Origin: Candidatus Woesearchaeota archaeon
GTDB taxonomy: Archaea; Nanobdellota; Nanobdellia; Woesearchaeales; 0-14-0-80-44-23
Reading direction: 5' to 3'
NCBI GenBank assembly: GCA_038874135.1
Contig: JAVZCZ010000001.1
Location: 832,001 to 896,000, forward strand
Length of the DNA: 64,000 nucleotides
Of the stretch, positions 46,578 through 56,675 are shown piece after piece; position 1 is the stretch's first letter; the number at the start of each line of letters is the position of its first letter. The notes under the pieces were generated by a model. The model did no database searches. It was not told where the DNA came from and saw only the letters and a program-made list of their open reading frames with translations. The translations under genes and the position numbers were made by a program.

Positions 46578-47329
46578 GAGAGGTGCGACTTGTAACAACT
46601 TACAAGAGAAGTGCGTTCTATAATATGGCGCTGGATGAGGCAGTGCTTTCAGAATGCTATTCAGGGCGTTCTCCACCGACATTGAGGTTTTACACTTGGA
46701 AGCCGGCAGCAGTTTCAATAGGATTCTTCCAATCTATCAGGGAAGAAATAGATTTAAAGAGGGCTGAAGAGTTTGGTGTACATGTTGTGAGAAGATTAAC
46801 TGGGGGAGGTGCAGTTTTTCACGACAGGGAAATAACATACTCAATAGTAATTCCCGAAAGGTGGGCTCCTGGCACTATTATTGAATCTTATGAGAAAATA
46901 TGCAGGGCGCTGGTGCTCGGATTAAAATTTTTAGGAGTAAATGCGCAATTTTCACCAATAAATGACATAGTTGTAAGTGGAAGAAAGATTTCCGGAAACG
47001 CTCAGACCAGAAGGGGGAGATTCATACTACAGCATGGAACTCTGCTTTTAGATTTAGATGCTGAAAGAATGTTTTCACTACTCAAAGTGCCTTCTGAAAA
47101 AATAAGAGAGAAGATGATAAGAAGTGCAAACCAGCGAGTAACCTGCCTCAGAAGGGAAGCAAATAAAAATTTCACAATAAGCCAGGTTCAAAATGCGCTT
47201 GAAAGGGGATTTGCACAGGCTCTCAACATTAAACTGAATCCGGGCAAAATTACAATGAGAGAACTCAAACTTAAACGCGCACTTGAGCTAAAAAAATACA
47301 GAACGCACGCCTGGAACTTCCTAAGGTGA
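46574..47329 (+). CDS. lplA: Lipoate-protein ligase / octanoyltransferase catalytic domain
   Basis: NMALDE, RRLTGGGAVFHD, KISGNAQ, QHGT. Confidence 0.92.
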   Translation: MREVRLVTTYKRSAFYNMALDEAVLSECYSGRSPPTLRFYTWKPAAVSIGFFQSIREEIDLKRAEEFGVHVVRRLTGGGAVFHDREITYSIVIPERWAPGTIIESYEKICRALVLGLKFLGVNAQFSPINDIVVSGRKISGNAQTRRGRFILQHGTLLLDLDAERMFSLLKVPSEKIREKMIRSANQRVTCLRREANKNFTISQVQNALERGFAQALNIKLNPGKITMRELKLKRALELKKYRTHAWNFLR

Positions 47330-47332
47330 AAA

Positions 47333-47623
47333 ATGAAAATCCGAACTAGAAGGATAAGATTTGATTTTAAGGAGCGCGGCGGTAAGCTGCTCAGAGCCTC
47401 AGCACTAATCCTGAAAGAAAAAATCATAAGCATAAGACTCAGCGGGGACTTCTTTATATATCCCGAAGAAGCAATCTTCAGAATAGAGCAGGCACTTCAA
47501 GGTTCCAGTATTAAAGATGTTTCAAAAATTCTAACAAGACATTTGAAAAGAAACAGGATAAAGATAATTGGATTCACTCCCGAAGGGCTTCAAACGGCTC
47601 TGGAAAGCGCTGTCCGCAAATAG
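47333..47623 (+). CDS. Lipoate-protein ligase C-terminal (LplB-like) subunit
   Basis: GGKLL, LSGDFFIYPEE. Confidence 0.85.
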   Translation: MKIRTRRIRFDFKERGGKLLRASALILKEKIISIRLSGDFFIYPEEAIFRIEQALQGSSIKDVSKILTRHLKRNRIKIIGFTPEGLQTALESAVRK

Positions 47624-47708
47624 CATAACTTTATATAGTGCGCTTCAGCCCCCCATTCGTTTCTTCAGGAATTTCTTGGAGAATATAAAATCGGAAAGGT
47701 GAAAACAA

Positions 47709-47855
47709 ATGGGATATGGAAATGGCTTCGGCCAAAGGACAATGTATAAGGCAGTTTGCGCTGACTGCGGCAAGGAGTGCGAGGTTCCCTTCAAGCCAAC
47801 AGAAGGCAGGCCTGTGTATTGTAGGGACTGCTACCAGAAGCATAAGAAATTTTAA
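47709..47855 (+). CDS. CxxC-x17-CxxC zinc-ribbon protein (48 aa), not in ORF track
   Basis: MGYGNGFGQRTMYKAVCADCGKECEVPFKPTEGRPVYCRDCYQKHKKF; AGGTGA RBS. Confidence 0.9.
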   Translation: MGYGNGFGQRTMYKAVCADCGKECEVPFKPTEGRPVYCRDCYQKHKKF

Positions 47856-47919
47856 AAAATATTCCTAATAAGACACGATTTATTGGAGACTTCACTTTTT
47901 TATTTTCTTTCTTATAATT

Positions 47920-49332
47920 TTATAATTTCTTTCTTATCATGTATATAATCAGTAGCACTAAGAGCACTATTGAAAGTGAGAGCACTGCAGTTACTAGCAG
48001 GTCTGAAATCTCACTCTTGGATAGGGAAGTGCTAGAAGCATATGCCCTGTCAGCGCGCACCTCCTGATTGATAAATGAACTCTTTTCAGAAGATTCCTGA
48101 TTATTTTGCAATTCCATCTGAGTTGTTATGTTTGTGAAATTCCCGTTACAATCTTTAACTCTTATCTGAGTGAGCTGCGTCTCCTGCATTCCGGAGTAGT
48201 TTAGGATTAGGCTGATGCTGTGAATTCCAGGCTCTGCACCTTTCAGCAGTATTGGAATGCTGGCTGAATACACTGAACCTGAGCCGGAGTTAGCGGGAAT
48301 TCTCACCTTTGAAGAATCAAGAGGCCCAAGCTGGCTGTCCAAAATAGTTAGTTCAGCATTCTCATCATTGGAGCCCACATTCACAACTTTTAAATTGAGC
48401 ACAAGCTCCTCGTCAGGGCAGGATTCATTCCTCTCAGCCTGAAACAGGCTTACGCTCAGCTTGTGAGAGCTCTTCTTAACTTTCAGTAAGAACTGCTTTT
48501 CATCCTTATAATCAAAACCATTGCTTCCCTCCCCTTCTATATAAACTTTCAAATTGTAAGTGTCTTCTAAAGCAGTTAGCGGAAGGGAAAAGTTAATCCT
48601 TGCGGAAGATTCAGAAGATGGCTTTATAGAGAACTCTTCTGATTCAAACTCAAGATCGCTGCCGTCGTCTATTCCTTCTAAAAAGACATATGCTCTGGCA
48701 TTTCTTATAGTGATCTTATCCTCAGTGGCGAACTGGTTTCTTGCCTTTACTATAATCTGCATGTAACTTCCAGGATATGCGCTTATTCTTGAACCCTCTT
48801 CAATATTACTTATCTTGCTCCCATCTACTACAAAGTCAGTTTTGCTGATGGAGAGCCCGCATACGCTTGAAAAATCTGCTTCTGCAGGATACTCTAAAGG
48901 AGTCCAAGTATTAGGATCCCAACCAGTTCTAACCCAGGCGATCATGTCGCCATTCCTCGCGCAGTAGTGTCCAGAGTAGCTGTTAAAATCGCCATTCCAG
49001 CACGATCCCCCGTCAGAGCCGACTGGAGAAACCTTCCAAGCTCCTGAACTTTTGTCATATATAAAGAATGTCCAATAGCCATCGGCATCGCTTCCCTTAT
49101 ACTGCTCCACTTCTGAAAGGAAGTGGCCAAGCCCAACGGTGTATGTCCACTTGCTTCTTATACCTGACTTTTGAAATATTGAATAGCCGCTTGTCCCCTC
49201 TTCAATATTCACGCACCTCTCTAAGGTTGTGCCGTTTGGAAGCTGAACTATAAGTGCAACATTTGAAGCAGACGCGAATGCAGCTAAGAATAGTGCCATT
49301 ATTAGAACAATTGACCAACTCCTGCCATACAT
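47920..49332 (-). CDS. Surface protein: DUF4430-like N-domain, Ig-like domains, C-terminal TM anchor
   Basis: Signal peptide, YWTFFI..SPVG, VVNVGSNDE, terminal TM plus RKK. Confidence 0.7.
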   Translation of the reverse strand: MYGRSWSIVLIMALFLAAFASASNVALIVQLPNGTTLERCVNIEEGTSGYSIFQKSGIRSKWTYTVGLGHFLSEVEQYKGSDADGYWTFFIYDKSSGAWKVSPVGSDGGSCWNGDFNSYSGHYCARNGDMIAWVRTGWDPNTWTPLEYPAEADFSSVCGLSISKTDFVVDGSKISNIEEGSRISAYPGSYMQIIVKARNQFATEDKITIRNARAYVFLEGIDDGSDLEFESEEFSIKPSSESSARINFSLPLTALEDTYNLKVYIEGEGSNGFDYKDEKQFLLKVKKSSHKLSVSLFQAERNESCPDEELVLNLKVVNVGSNDENAELTILDSQLGPLDSSKVRIPANSGSGSVYSASIPILLKGAEPGIHSISLILNYSGMQETQLTQIRVKDCNGNFTNITTQMELQNNQESSEKSSFINQEVRADRAYASSTSLSKSEISDLLVTAVLSLSIVLLVLLIIYMIRKKL

Positions 49333-49393
49333 TTACAAACACCTCTGTTGGATATTACATCCAACAGTAAATTATTAATACTATTTATACCTT

Positions 49394-49990
49394 TTGTTTT
49401 TTGTGGTAGGAAACACAACTAACTACACTGAAGAGGACATCCTAAGATGCTTTTTTGTGCTTCCCAAAAACCAAGCAAGGCAAAAGATTGCAAAGATGCT
49501 CGGCCTTGGTGAAGGAAGTGTTAAGGCAATTCTTGAAATACTGAAAGATAAAAACATTATTAGTTCTACGAGAAAAGGGCACTTCCTGACATCTGAAGGA
49601 TTAAAAATTTTGGATAGAGCTCTTTCAATTGTGAGCTTACCAGTGCGTCTTAAGCTTGGGAAAAAACTTCCAGGAGAGGTTCAGGTTGCCTCAGTTCTTA
49701 AGAGGCCAGCTGGAAAACTTAATGTTCTCCTTCTCAGAGATGAAGCAGTTAGGAGAGGTGCAGAAGGAGCGATCATCCTCACTTTCAGGAAGGGCTCTTT
49801 AGAATTGGGCTTCAAAGCTAAGCAGCAATTCAACTTTTTAATACCTTATTTTGAATTGGAAGATGGAAATTTGCTTTTATTATCTTTCGGGAGAAGTTAT
49901 GCTGAATGTGAAAGAGCCCTAATCTCAATGCTTATAATGGCATCTCCAACTTTTAGAAGGATCGCTTCAGAGATAGTATCAAAGGAATAA
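49394..49990 (+). CDS. HTH protein (DUF2111/DUF4443-like)
   Basis: R..IA..LGLGEGSV, RDEAVRRGAEGA. Confidence 0.75.
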   Translation: MFFVVGNTTNYTEEDILRCFFVLPKNQARQKIAKMLGLGEGSVKAILEILKDKNIISSTRKGHFLTSEGLKILDRALSIVSLPVRLKLGKKLPGEVQVASVLKRPAGKLNVLLLRDEAVRRGAEGAIILTFRKGSLELGFKAKQQFNFLIPYFELEDGNLLLLSFGRSYAECERALISMLIMASPTFRRIASEIVSKE

Positions 49991-50053
49991 ATTACGGGTT
50001 TTTCCGAAAAGTTTTTAATGATAAACCACTTTTAAGTAATAAGGGGTGGTTCT

Positions 50054-51067
50054 ATGAAGGAGAGCAGCTATCTGGAAGAGTTATGCAAGCAGGAATTCTC
50101 AGGAGCGCTTGCGAACAGAATGTACGAAGCGTTAAGCCATCTGGTTCCGGCAAATATACCTCATAGTAAGAAGAACATTGACGAGATTGCCAACTACGAT
50201 GAGATACTTGAGGCATATCCTAACCAACCAGGTGCTTATCAGCTTGCTGGAATGATTGCATTATTGAAGGGCGAATATGAGCTCGCTTCAGCCCATCTTG
50301 AAACTGCTGCAAAGATGTCTCCAAACATGAAGCCGTATTATGAGCTTGTGCTTCAAAACACAGAAAGGGTCAGCAGAATTATGAAGCAGTATTACGAAGG
50401 AAGAGCATCCTATGAGAGAACATATGCTAAGATTGATGAACCCTCTGAAGAAATCTTGAAGGAAAAGGATAATGAAACAAATAAGAGCGGAATTTCAAAA
50501 AGGATTAAGGGCGTGATAGGAGTGCTAACTGCCCTGGCAATTCTGGGCGGTGGAGCCACTCTCTACTATTCTGGAGAAGCATCCATTGCAAAAAGGCAGG
50601 CGGCATCCCTGCAGGAGCAGGTTTCATCCTACCAGGTTGAGATTGACAATTATAAGCAGACAATCTCAGAGCTTGAGAGCAGACTTTCAGAATTGCAGCA
50701 GGAAGAAAGAGTGAATGAAATAATATTATACGTGCAAGCGGAACTGGAAAGGGGAGAAACAATCACTCATGAAGTAGCGGCATATCTGAGAAACCTCTTA
50801 GGCAACGAATATCTGAGCTTGTCCTCTCCAGCCAGGATAAGCTTGATAGCGGATTATTGCAAGCTAGTATACCAGGCAAACGGGATTCCCCTGCAGAAGG
50901 CACCTCAGATAGCCAGAAATCTTCAGATTGGCTACACATTCTATATACCTTCTGCACAACTAGAAAAATCCAATGGCGGCTGGGTGCTTAAAGGCAAGTT
51001 CTTTGACGCTAGCGGCAAACTTGTTCCATTTGAGATTAATGGAATGAAATACATCCTTGACCCATAA
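50054..51067 (+). CDS. Membrane protein: TPR-like, TM helix, coiled coil, LysM-like C-domain
   Basis: YPNQPGAYQLAG..GEYELA, central TM, RGETI...NGI...LQIG. Confidence 0.6.
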   Translation: MKESSYLEELCKQEFSGALANRMYEALSHLVPANIPHSKKNIDEIANYDEILEAYPNQPGAYQLAGMIALLKGEYELASAHLETAAKMSPNMKPYYELVLQNTERVSRIMKQYYEGRASYERTYAKIDEPSEEILKEKDNETNKSGISKRIKGVIGVLTALAILGGGATLYYSGEASIAKRQAASLQEQVSSYQVEIDNYKQTISELESRLSELQQEERVNEIILYVQAELERGETITHEVAAYLRNLLGNEYLSLSSPARISLIADYCKLVYQANGIPLQKAPQIARNLQIGYTFYIPSAQLEKSNGGWVLKGKFFDASGKLVPFEINGMKYILDP

Positions 51068-51086
51068 ACCTTTTCTCTTTAATTTC

Positions 51087-52262
51087 TTATTTTTCCATTC
51101 TTTCCCTGCGGTACTCTTCAATTATCCTCTCAAAAATCTTGTCCGACTCTAAAACCTTTTTCAGCTGATCTTTGTCACAGGTCAAAAAGCGTCCTATATC
51201 TTTAAGCTCAAGTTTTGAAGCGTCAATAACTGTGAATTGGGAAGAGATGCATTTGGGAAACTTTTTATTACTTATTAAAACTTTTTCAGCTCCCAGCTCT
51301 CTCAAGGTATGCTCGCTAAACTTTTCAGGATTTTCAACATATACAAAACTAGCATGTATTAATATTTTCAACTGATCATGGCTCAAGCTGAGTGACTCAA
51401 CCTTGGGAATTATTTCAAAGCGCGTTGTTGAGAGGGCAGCTTCTACAATCCTCTCAATCTCGCCTCTTAGCAGATTTACCTCTTCTTCTAGCTGAGAAAC
51501 CCTCTTAGCTAACACTTTTATTCTATCCTCTTTAAAGACAAGCCTCTCTTCAATCTTCTTCTGAAAATCTGATTCGCTTTTTAAACGCGCCTTTTTAATT
51601 TTGCCAATTTTCCTCTTCAGCTTTGAAATATAAAGGCGCAGCCGAATGTTCTGATTACGAAGGAGCTCGCTTTCTTTTAATACACTTTCATAGCTTCTAA
51701 GCTTAAACTCGCTGGTTTGCCCTGAACCCTCTGAAGTGACTCTACCGGTTTTGAAATCCTCTGTTGCTCCTTTAGGCGTTTTCTCGTTTTTGGAATTGCT
51801 TATGGCTGAAGAGATGTTCTCTCCAAATAGGATAATTCTCCTTTCAGCCATTTCTCTTTCCAGCTCATCCAGCTCTGCCTTCGCGCCAGCCCTCTCAAAT
51901 CTTGAGAGCAGCCCACCCATTGATTTAAGAGCCCAGAGTGCTGCTGCAGCAGCATCCCTCTCATGCGCATTCTTAAGAGCTTGCAATTCTCCCCTTTTAA
52001 GAAGTTCCTTCTTATCTTCTAAGCTGAGGTCCTGCGGAGGAGCAAATATGCGCGCTCCCCTAGCAGCAGCGAACTTTCTAACCAGCTCAGGCACTTCCCT
52101 CCTGTCAGTGGCAACTCCTACTATTCTCAGCCCTATAGTTTTATTTAGAATCTCTGAAAGAGAAAGCCCTCTTCCCGAATTTGCCGCTATGAATCTTCCA
52201 GAAAGTTCAAAAGCAGCGTACGCAGTAGTAGTCCCCGGGTCTATTCCTATTACCACATTCAT
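51087..52262 (-). CDS. DUF460 RNase H-fold protein with coiled coil
   Basis: IGIDPGTTTAYA, VATD, NAHERDA. Confidence 0.88.
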   Translation of the reverse strand: MNVVIGIDPGTTTAYAAFELSGRFIAANSGRGLSLSEILNKTIGLRIVGVATDRREVPELVRKFAAARGARIFAPPQDLSLEDKKELLKRGELQALKNAHERDAAAAALWALKSMGGLLSRFERAGAKAELDELEREMAERRIILFGENISSAISNSKNEKTPKGATEDFKTGRVTSEGSGQTSEFKLRSYESVLKESELLRNQNIRLRLYISKLKRKIGKIKKARLKSESDFQKKIEERLVFKEDRIKVLAKRVSQLEEEVNLLRGEIERIVEAALSTTRFEIIPKVESLSLSHDQLKILIHASFVYVENPEKFSEHTLRELGAEKVLISNKKFPKCISSQFTVIDASKLELKDIGRFLTCDKDQLKKVLESDKIFERIIEEYRRERMEK

Positions 52263-52296
52263 ACTCTTGTTAGGATAGCATTTCTGTTAAATATTT

Positions 52297-52977
52297 TTAC
52301 CTCTTGGACCAGAGGTAAAACCCCGTGCCTTCAGGTATTATTATTACTTGCTGGCTGGGCGGATGCTGTACGCTTCCATCCCTTGAGTCATACCAGCCCC
52401 AGATTTCATAACCATCCGCCTGGCCTATCATTGCAATTGAGTTTTTCTCATAGTCCGATATTTCAGGAAACTTGATATAGACCACAGGATAGTATCTTGT
52501 GCCATTCCAGAGTATGTCCCTTTCAGGAGTTGAAGGATCAAAGTCGTGGTTTGGCTCAAGGTGTGCTCCCGTTATGTAGTTCCAGTCATATTCTGGAGCA
52601 AGTTCCTTTCCGTCTTTGCTCTTAATCCAGGAGTGAGAATCTCGTGCGTATACAACCTTGTAAGGAGAGCCGTCAGTGGGCTTTTCGTCAATTATCATTT
52701 CAAGATTGTGCAACTCTCTCGCTTCTCCAGCTCGCTTTTCAGAAGAATTTAGTGGATGTCCAGCAGCGTCTGTTTCAAACTGGGCGTACACCTTTACATA
52801 GTCTCTGCTCAGGTTTTTGACCTCGTTTATTTTTAGGGAATAATATTTTTCTGATACATCTGTGCTTTTTAGAAACTCTCTAACTTTGTAGTCAATCGAG
52901 CCCTGTTTTGCACACCCAGCTGACAATATTGAAATTGCAGTTAATATTCCAAGAATAGCTTTTTTTGCAGGTTTCAT
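52297..52977 (-). CDS. Putative lipoprotein
   Basis: Signal peptide with LSAGC lipobox. Confidence 0.65.
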   Translation of the reverse strand: MKPAKKAILGILTAISILSAGCAKQGSIDYKVREFLKSTDVSEKYYSLKINEVKNLSRDYVKVYAQFETDAAGHPLNSSEKRAGEARELHNLEMIIDEKPTDGSPYKVVYARDSHSWIKSKDGKELAPEYDWNYITGAHLEPNHDFDPSTPERDILWNGTRYYPVVYIKFPEISDYEKNSIAMIGQADGYEIWGWYDSRDGSVQHPPSQQVIIIPEGTGFYLWSKR

Positions 52978-53238
52978 ACTCTTTCCACCCCGATTATTAT
53001 AAAATGGATAAAATGGGGTTTGATATATAAAACCTTCCTCTAGCGGAGAAGGCGTGGTAGAATAAAAAGTAAAATTAAAATTATAAAAAAATAAAACTCC
53101 CTTTTGAATTCTAACTAATTACGATAGCCCAATATACTATAAGGGGTACTATAATATATTATTTTTCTCAAATTCAATAGTTCAGAAATTAAAAATAACT
53201 AATTATAAACCTTTTAATAGTTCAATAAAGTTCAAAAT

Positions 53239-54150
53239 TTATTTTCTAAGCGAAATAATGTTTTTTTTGCCTTTTTTTTGTTTTATAACAATTTTTCTTT
53301 CTTCTAATTCCGAAATAAGCGTGCTAAGGGTAGATTTGGGAATGTTCATTATGACTCTGAGAGTACCCTGCTCGCAGCTTCCACCCCTCTGTTTAAGTAT
53401 GTTTATTATCTGGGCTTCTTCCTCTTTCAGATGCTCTTCTATGTTCTCAACCTTCTCCACAACCACCTTAGGCCGTTTCTGCCTCTCCCTAAGATAAACC
53501 ACAATTGAAAATGCTACAAGCACAATAAAACCTGCTGAGAGTGCAATTATCCAAGGGAACTTTTTCTTTAACAGAATTAGTATTGAAAAGGTGTCATTTG
53601 CTTCCATATTCTTCAGATGCCAAATGAAAACCAGGGACTGGCCGTCGCTCTTAACCTCGGATGGCACAGGATATACTGAACCCGTTTCAAAGGTTTCTCC
53701 GCGTACCGGGCTTTGAATGGTATACCCTTCCGGAAGGGAAACTCTAACATCCATGGCGTCAGTGCTGTAAATTGTCTTGATAGTTACGAAGAATGCCGAG
53801 CTCTTTAAAAGCTCTCTGGTAGAATATTTTAGAAGGATTTCCTGTCCAATATTTCTTATTCTGAGCTTCTTCTCTTTCTCATCAGAGTATATCGGCGTCC
53901 TCTGTACGCCGTCAATGCTTACATAAACATCAAAGGCGTCATTAGGAAGGTCTACAATTGTATCTAACATTGTACTTTCTGAAAGGTAAAGCTCTGAACT
54001 GACAAGCACCTTTCCCTTTTCTATCGTGAAGGAATAATTGGCTGTGGAAACCTCTTGGGCATGCGCATCTGAAGGAAAAGTAAGAAGTATTAAAACAAGT
54101 GCTAAGGGTAGCCATTCAAAAATCATTCGTCTTTTCATTCTCCACCCCAA
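53239..54150 (-). CDS. Extracellular domain + TM + C-terminal wHTH (membrane-anchored regulator)
   Basis: Signal peptide, SLPEG, SDGQ, TM, LKEEEAQII..Q..L..KSTLS..LEERKIV. Confidence 0.75.
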   Translation of the reverse strand: MGWRMKRRMIFEWLPLALVLILLTFPSDAHAQEVSTANYSFTIEKGKVLVSSELYLSESTMLDTIVDLPNDAFDVYVSIDGVQRTPIYSDEKEKKLRIRNIGQEILLKYSTRELLKSSAFFVTIKTIYSTDAMDVRVSLPEGYTIQSPVRGETFETGSVYPVPSEVKSDGQSLVFIWHLKNMEANDTFSILILLKKKFPWIIALSAGFIVLVAFSIVVYLRERQKRPKVVVEKVENIEEHLKEEEAQIINILKQRGGSCEQGTLRVIMNIPKSTLSTLISELEERKIVIKQKKGKKNIISLRK

Positions 54151-54197
54151 CCTTCTGAAAAATGCGGGATGGATTAATAAACTTTTCCGAAAAATCC

Positions 54198-56018
54198 TTA
54201 CTTTCCGCTTACTGAAGCCAGCCTTATGTCCGTTTTGAGTTCCATAATCCTGTAGAGGCGCTTCTTCCTTTCAGTGTCTGAGAGTGGCAGGCTCTGGGTT
54301 TCCATTTCCAGTCGTTCAGCTATGAAGTTTGCTTCCTGTATGCTTCCAGACCTTGCCAGGGTGAGTGCTTGGGCAACTGCTGCTTCAAAATCCTCGTTCC
54401 GCTGTACTGCCAAAGATGTTTTCCTCTCTGCAAAGCTTATGGGCTGGCCTTCTAGGGAGATGTCTTCACTGCCAGCTCCCTTTACCAGCTCCTGCTTTAC
54501 ATAGAGCTGGAACCTTTCCTCTTCCAGGCGGTTTTTCTCTTCAACTAGGCGGTATTGTATGTCCATGAGCTGTGCCTTTTTCTGCTCCAGCTCTGCCTCC
54601 TTTGCAGCAAGATTGGCTTCCCTCTCCCTAATCTCGCGCTTCTGCTCTTCCAGGCTTGGAGCTATTTTTCTGTAACGCTCTTCAGCCCGTCTCAGTTTTT
54701 CGTCACTTTCCTTTAATTTTTTTATTAGAAAAGCATATTCCCTTCTTACTGTTGGAAGCTCTTTTTGTAGTACTTTCAGCTCTTTAGAGTCAAGTTTGAA
54801 CCTTTCGTAGTCTTTCTTCTTCTTTTCCAGAAGGGCGTCCTGCTCTTTAAGGATTTCCTCTCTCTTTTTTATGCTTTTTTCCTTCTCGTTCAGCTCAGCT
54901 GCCTTTTGTTCCAGCTGTTTCATCTTCTTTTCCAGCATTTCTCGGCTTTTATCTATCCTCTTCTGAGCAGATGCCAGCTCCTTAAGCTTTTCTGAAAGCT
55001 CCCTACTTTTTGCCCTTACATACTCCTTGTTCTTTAAGAGCTCCTGCACGCTCTCTCTTATCTCTTCATTCTTGTTGTCTAGCTCTGCACTTAGCCTTTC
55101 AATTTCTTCCTTTTCCTTGGCAAATTCTGAGCTCTGAGCAGATGCGCTCATCTGAGTTGAACTCTGCACGTCAGCTCCCGCTTTTTCTGTTTCAATCTCT
55201 TTATTAAATTCTAAAACGGTTGGCTCCTCTTCAGGCGGCGTCTCCTCCAACTTCAGTTTCTTTTCTTCTTCACTGCTCTTCTTCTTTCTAAAAAGAAATC
55301 CTAACCAGCCATCTCCTTCTCGCTTAACTTCCTTCTTAAGCTCAGTAGACGGACTGATTTGGTCAGGAGCTTTAATCTCGCTCAAGTTAGTTTCTGTAGA
55401 AGAAGATTTAATATCCTCATTTTTGTTCTCCCATTCAGAGTTTTTCCCGGCGGCAGAGGCAACCTGAGCACTTTTATTCTCCTCTTCGCTCCTTATGTTC
55501 TTCCCATAGAGCACTCTTATTGCATCAATCCTGTTCTGAGCCCTTCTGAGCTTTTCAGCTAGCTCCTTCTTTCCTAAGGCTTGTTCTACCCAGTCCGCAA
55601 ATTGGTGCCTCTCTGCTATGTGCCTAGCATACATCTCATCGCTCATATACTTTATCGCATTTATGAGCTCGTCAAGATCAGTAATCCTGTCCCCTGTTTC
55701 TATTACCAGAACATATTTTATGCCGTTGGGATGTTCTTTTTTCATATGCCTTTTCAGTTCAATCTGTTTGTCAAATGATGCATCGCAAAGCTTACACTTA
55801 AACTTCTTCTCATCAGACTTCGTATTTGGAGCAGGTTCTGGAGGCGGGGCAAAGATGCTCTCATCTTCTTCTGGCTTGGGCGGCTCCTGCTTAGGCTTCT
55901 CTTCTTCCTTCTTTCGTATCAGGAAATTAAAGAATAAGCCGTGCTTCTTTGGCTCTTCCACCTTCTCTTCAGGCAGGGGAGGCAGTTCCAAGTTAGAATC
56001 ATCCGTGCTATCTGCCAC
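54198..56018 (-). CDS. Multidomain protein: C2H2 zinc finger, DUF5752-like domain, long coiled coil
   Basis: CKLC..LKRHMKKEH; LDEL..H..FADWV..LG; E/K-rich heptads. Confidence 0.7.
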   Translation of the reverse strand: MADSTDDSNLELPPLPEEKVEEPKKHGLFFNFLIRKKEEEKPKQEPPKPEEDESIFAPPPEPAPNTKSDEKKFKCKLCDASFDKQIELKRHMKKEHPNGIKYVLVIETGDRITDLDELINAIKYMSDEMYARHIAERHQFADWVEQALGKKELAEKLRRAQNRIDAIRVLYGKNIRSEEENKSAQVASAAGKNSEWENKNEDIKSSSTETNLSEIKAPDQISPSTELKKEVKREGDGWLGFLFRKKKSSEEEKKLKLEETPPEEEPTVLEFNKEIETEKAGADVQSSTQMSASAQSSEFAKEKEEIERLSAELDNKNEEIRESVQELLKNKEYVRAKSRELSEKLKELASAQKRIDKSREMLEKKMKQLEQKAAELNEKEKSIKKREEILKEQDALLEKKKKDYERFKLDSKELKVLQKELPTVRREYAFLIKKLKESDEKLRRAEERYRKIAPSLEEQKREIREREANLAAKEAELEQKKAQLMDIQYRLVEEKNRLEEERFQLYVKQELVKGAGSEDISLEGQPISFAERKTSLAVQRNEDFEAAVAQALTLARSGSIQEANFIAERLEMETQSLPLSDTERKKRLYRIMELKTDIRLASVSGK

Positions 56019-56191
56019 AATTTCACCTCTTTTAAACTCTTTTGGCAGAGTTCCCCTCTTTTTATATAATTTTGTTATTATTTAAAAATGAATACATAAC
56101 ATCTGATGGTGCGAGTGTTTCATCCCTACAAAACCAAAACCTTTTTTAATAGCAGGTCAAATCCCAATGCCAAAATACAAGGAGGAGTAAA

Positions 56192-56365
56192 ATGGCTGAA
56201 CAACTCGTTTGCATATCCTGTAAGAAGAGGATAACCAACAAAGCAGGATCTACAAGGTTCAAATGCCCATCCTGCGGAAAGTACGAAATAATAAGATGTC
56301 CAGAGTGTAGAGAGCGCGGCATAAAATACACCTGCCCGGAGTGCGGATTCACAGGTCCAAACTGA
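56192..56365 (+). CDS. Small zinc-finger protein (DUF1610/HVO_2753-like), not in ORF track
   Basis: MAEQLVCISC..FKCPSCG..RCPECR..YTCPECGFTGPN; conserved position before EF-1beta; GGAGG RBS. Confidence 0.92.
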   Translation: MAEQLVCISCKKRITNKAGSTRFKCPSCGKYEIIRCPECRERGIKYTCPECGFTGPN

Positions 56366-56375
56366 GTGAGGCAAG

Positions 56376-56651
56376 ATGGCAGTAGTATATGTTACAATAA
56401 AGATAATGCCGAACTCTCCCGAAGCAGATCTCTCACTAATAGAAAAGGAGTGCCGTGACAAGATAGAAAAATATGGAGCGAAAGTGCATTCCATCAACAA
56501 GGTGCCCATAGCATTTGGATTAGTTTCTTTAGAGATTGTTCTAATGGTTGATGAAAAAAGAGGAAGCACTGAAGAGTTGGAAGCAGAACTTTCAAGGATT
56601 TCAGGAGTAGAGTCAGTGCAAGTAGTAGATGTTAGACGCGGCATAGGCTAA
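56376..56651 (+). CDS. ef1b: Translation elongation factor 1-beta
   Basis: KIMPNSPEADL, PIAFGL, GVESVQV. Confidence 0.95.
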   Translation: MAVVYVTIKIMPNSPEADLSLIEKECRDKIEKYGAKVHSINKVPIAFGLVSLEIVLMVDEKRGSTEELEAELSRISGVESVQVVDVRRGIG

Positions 56652-56675
56652 TTTTAACCTATTCCCAATTTTTAA

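Noticed and set aside
47631-47843. 70-aa minus-strand ORF
   Set aside because: Shadow of the CxxC-x17-CxxC gene on the plus strand.
52980-53238. Long AT-rich intergenic region as origin or ncRNA
   Set aside because: No ORB motif and only short weak repeats (AATAGTTCA twice); nothing supportable.
56126-56644. 172-aa minus-strand ORF
   Set aside because: Shadow of the zinc-finger and EF-1beta genes.
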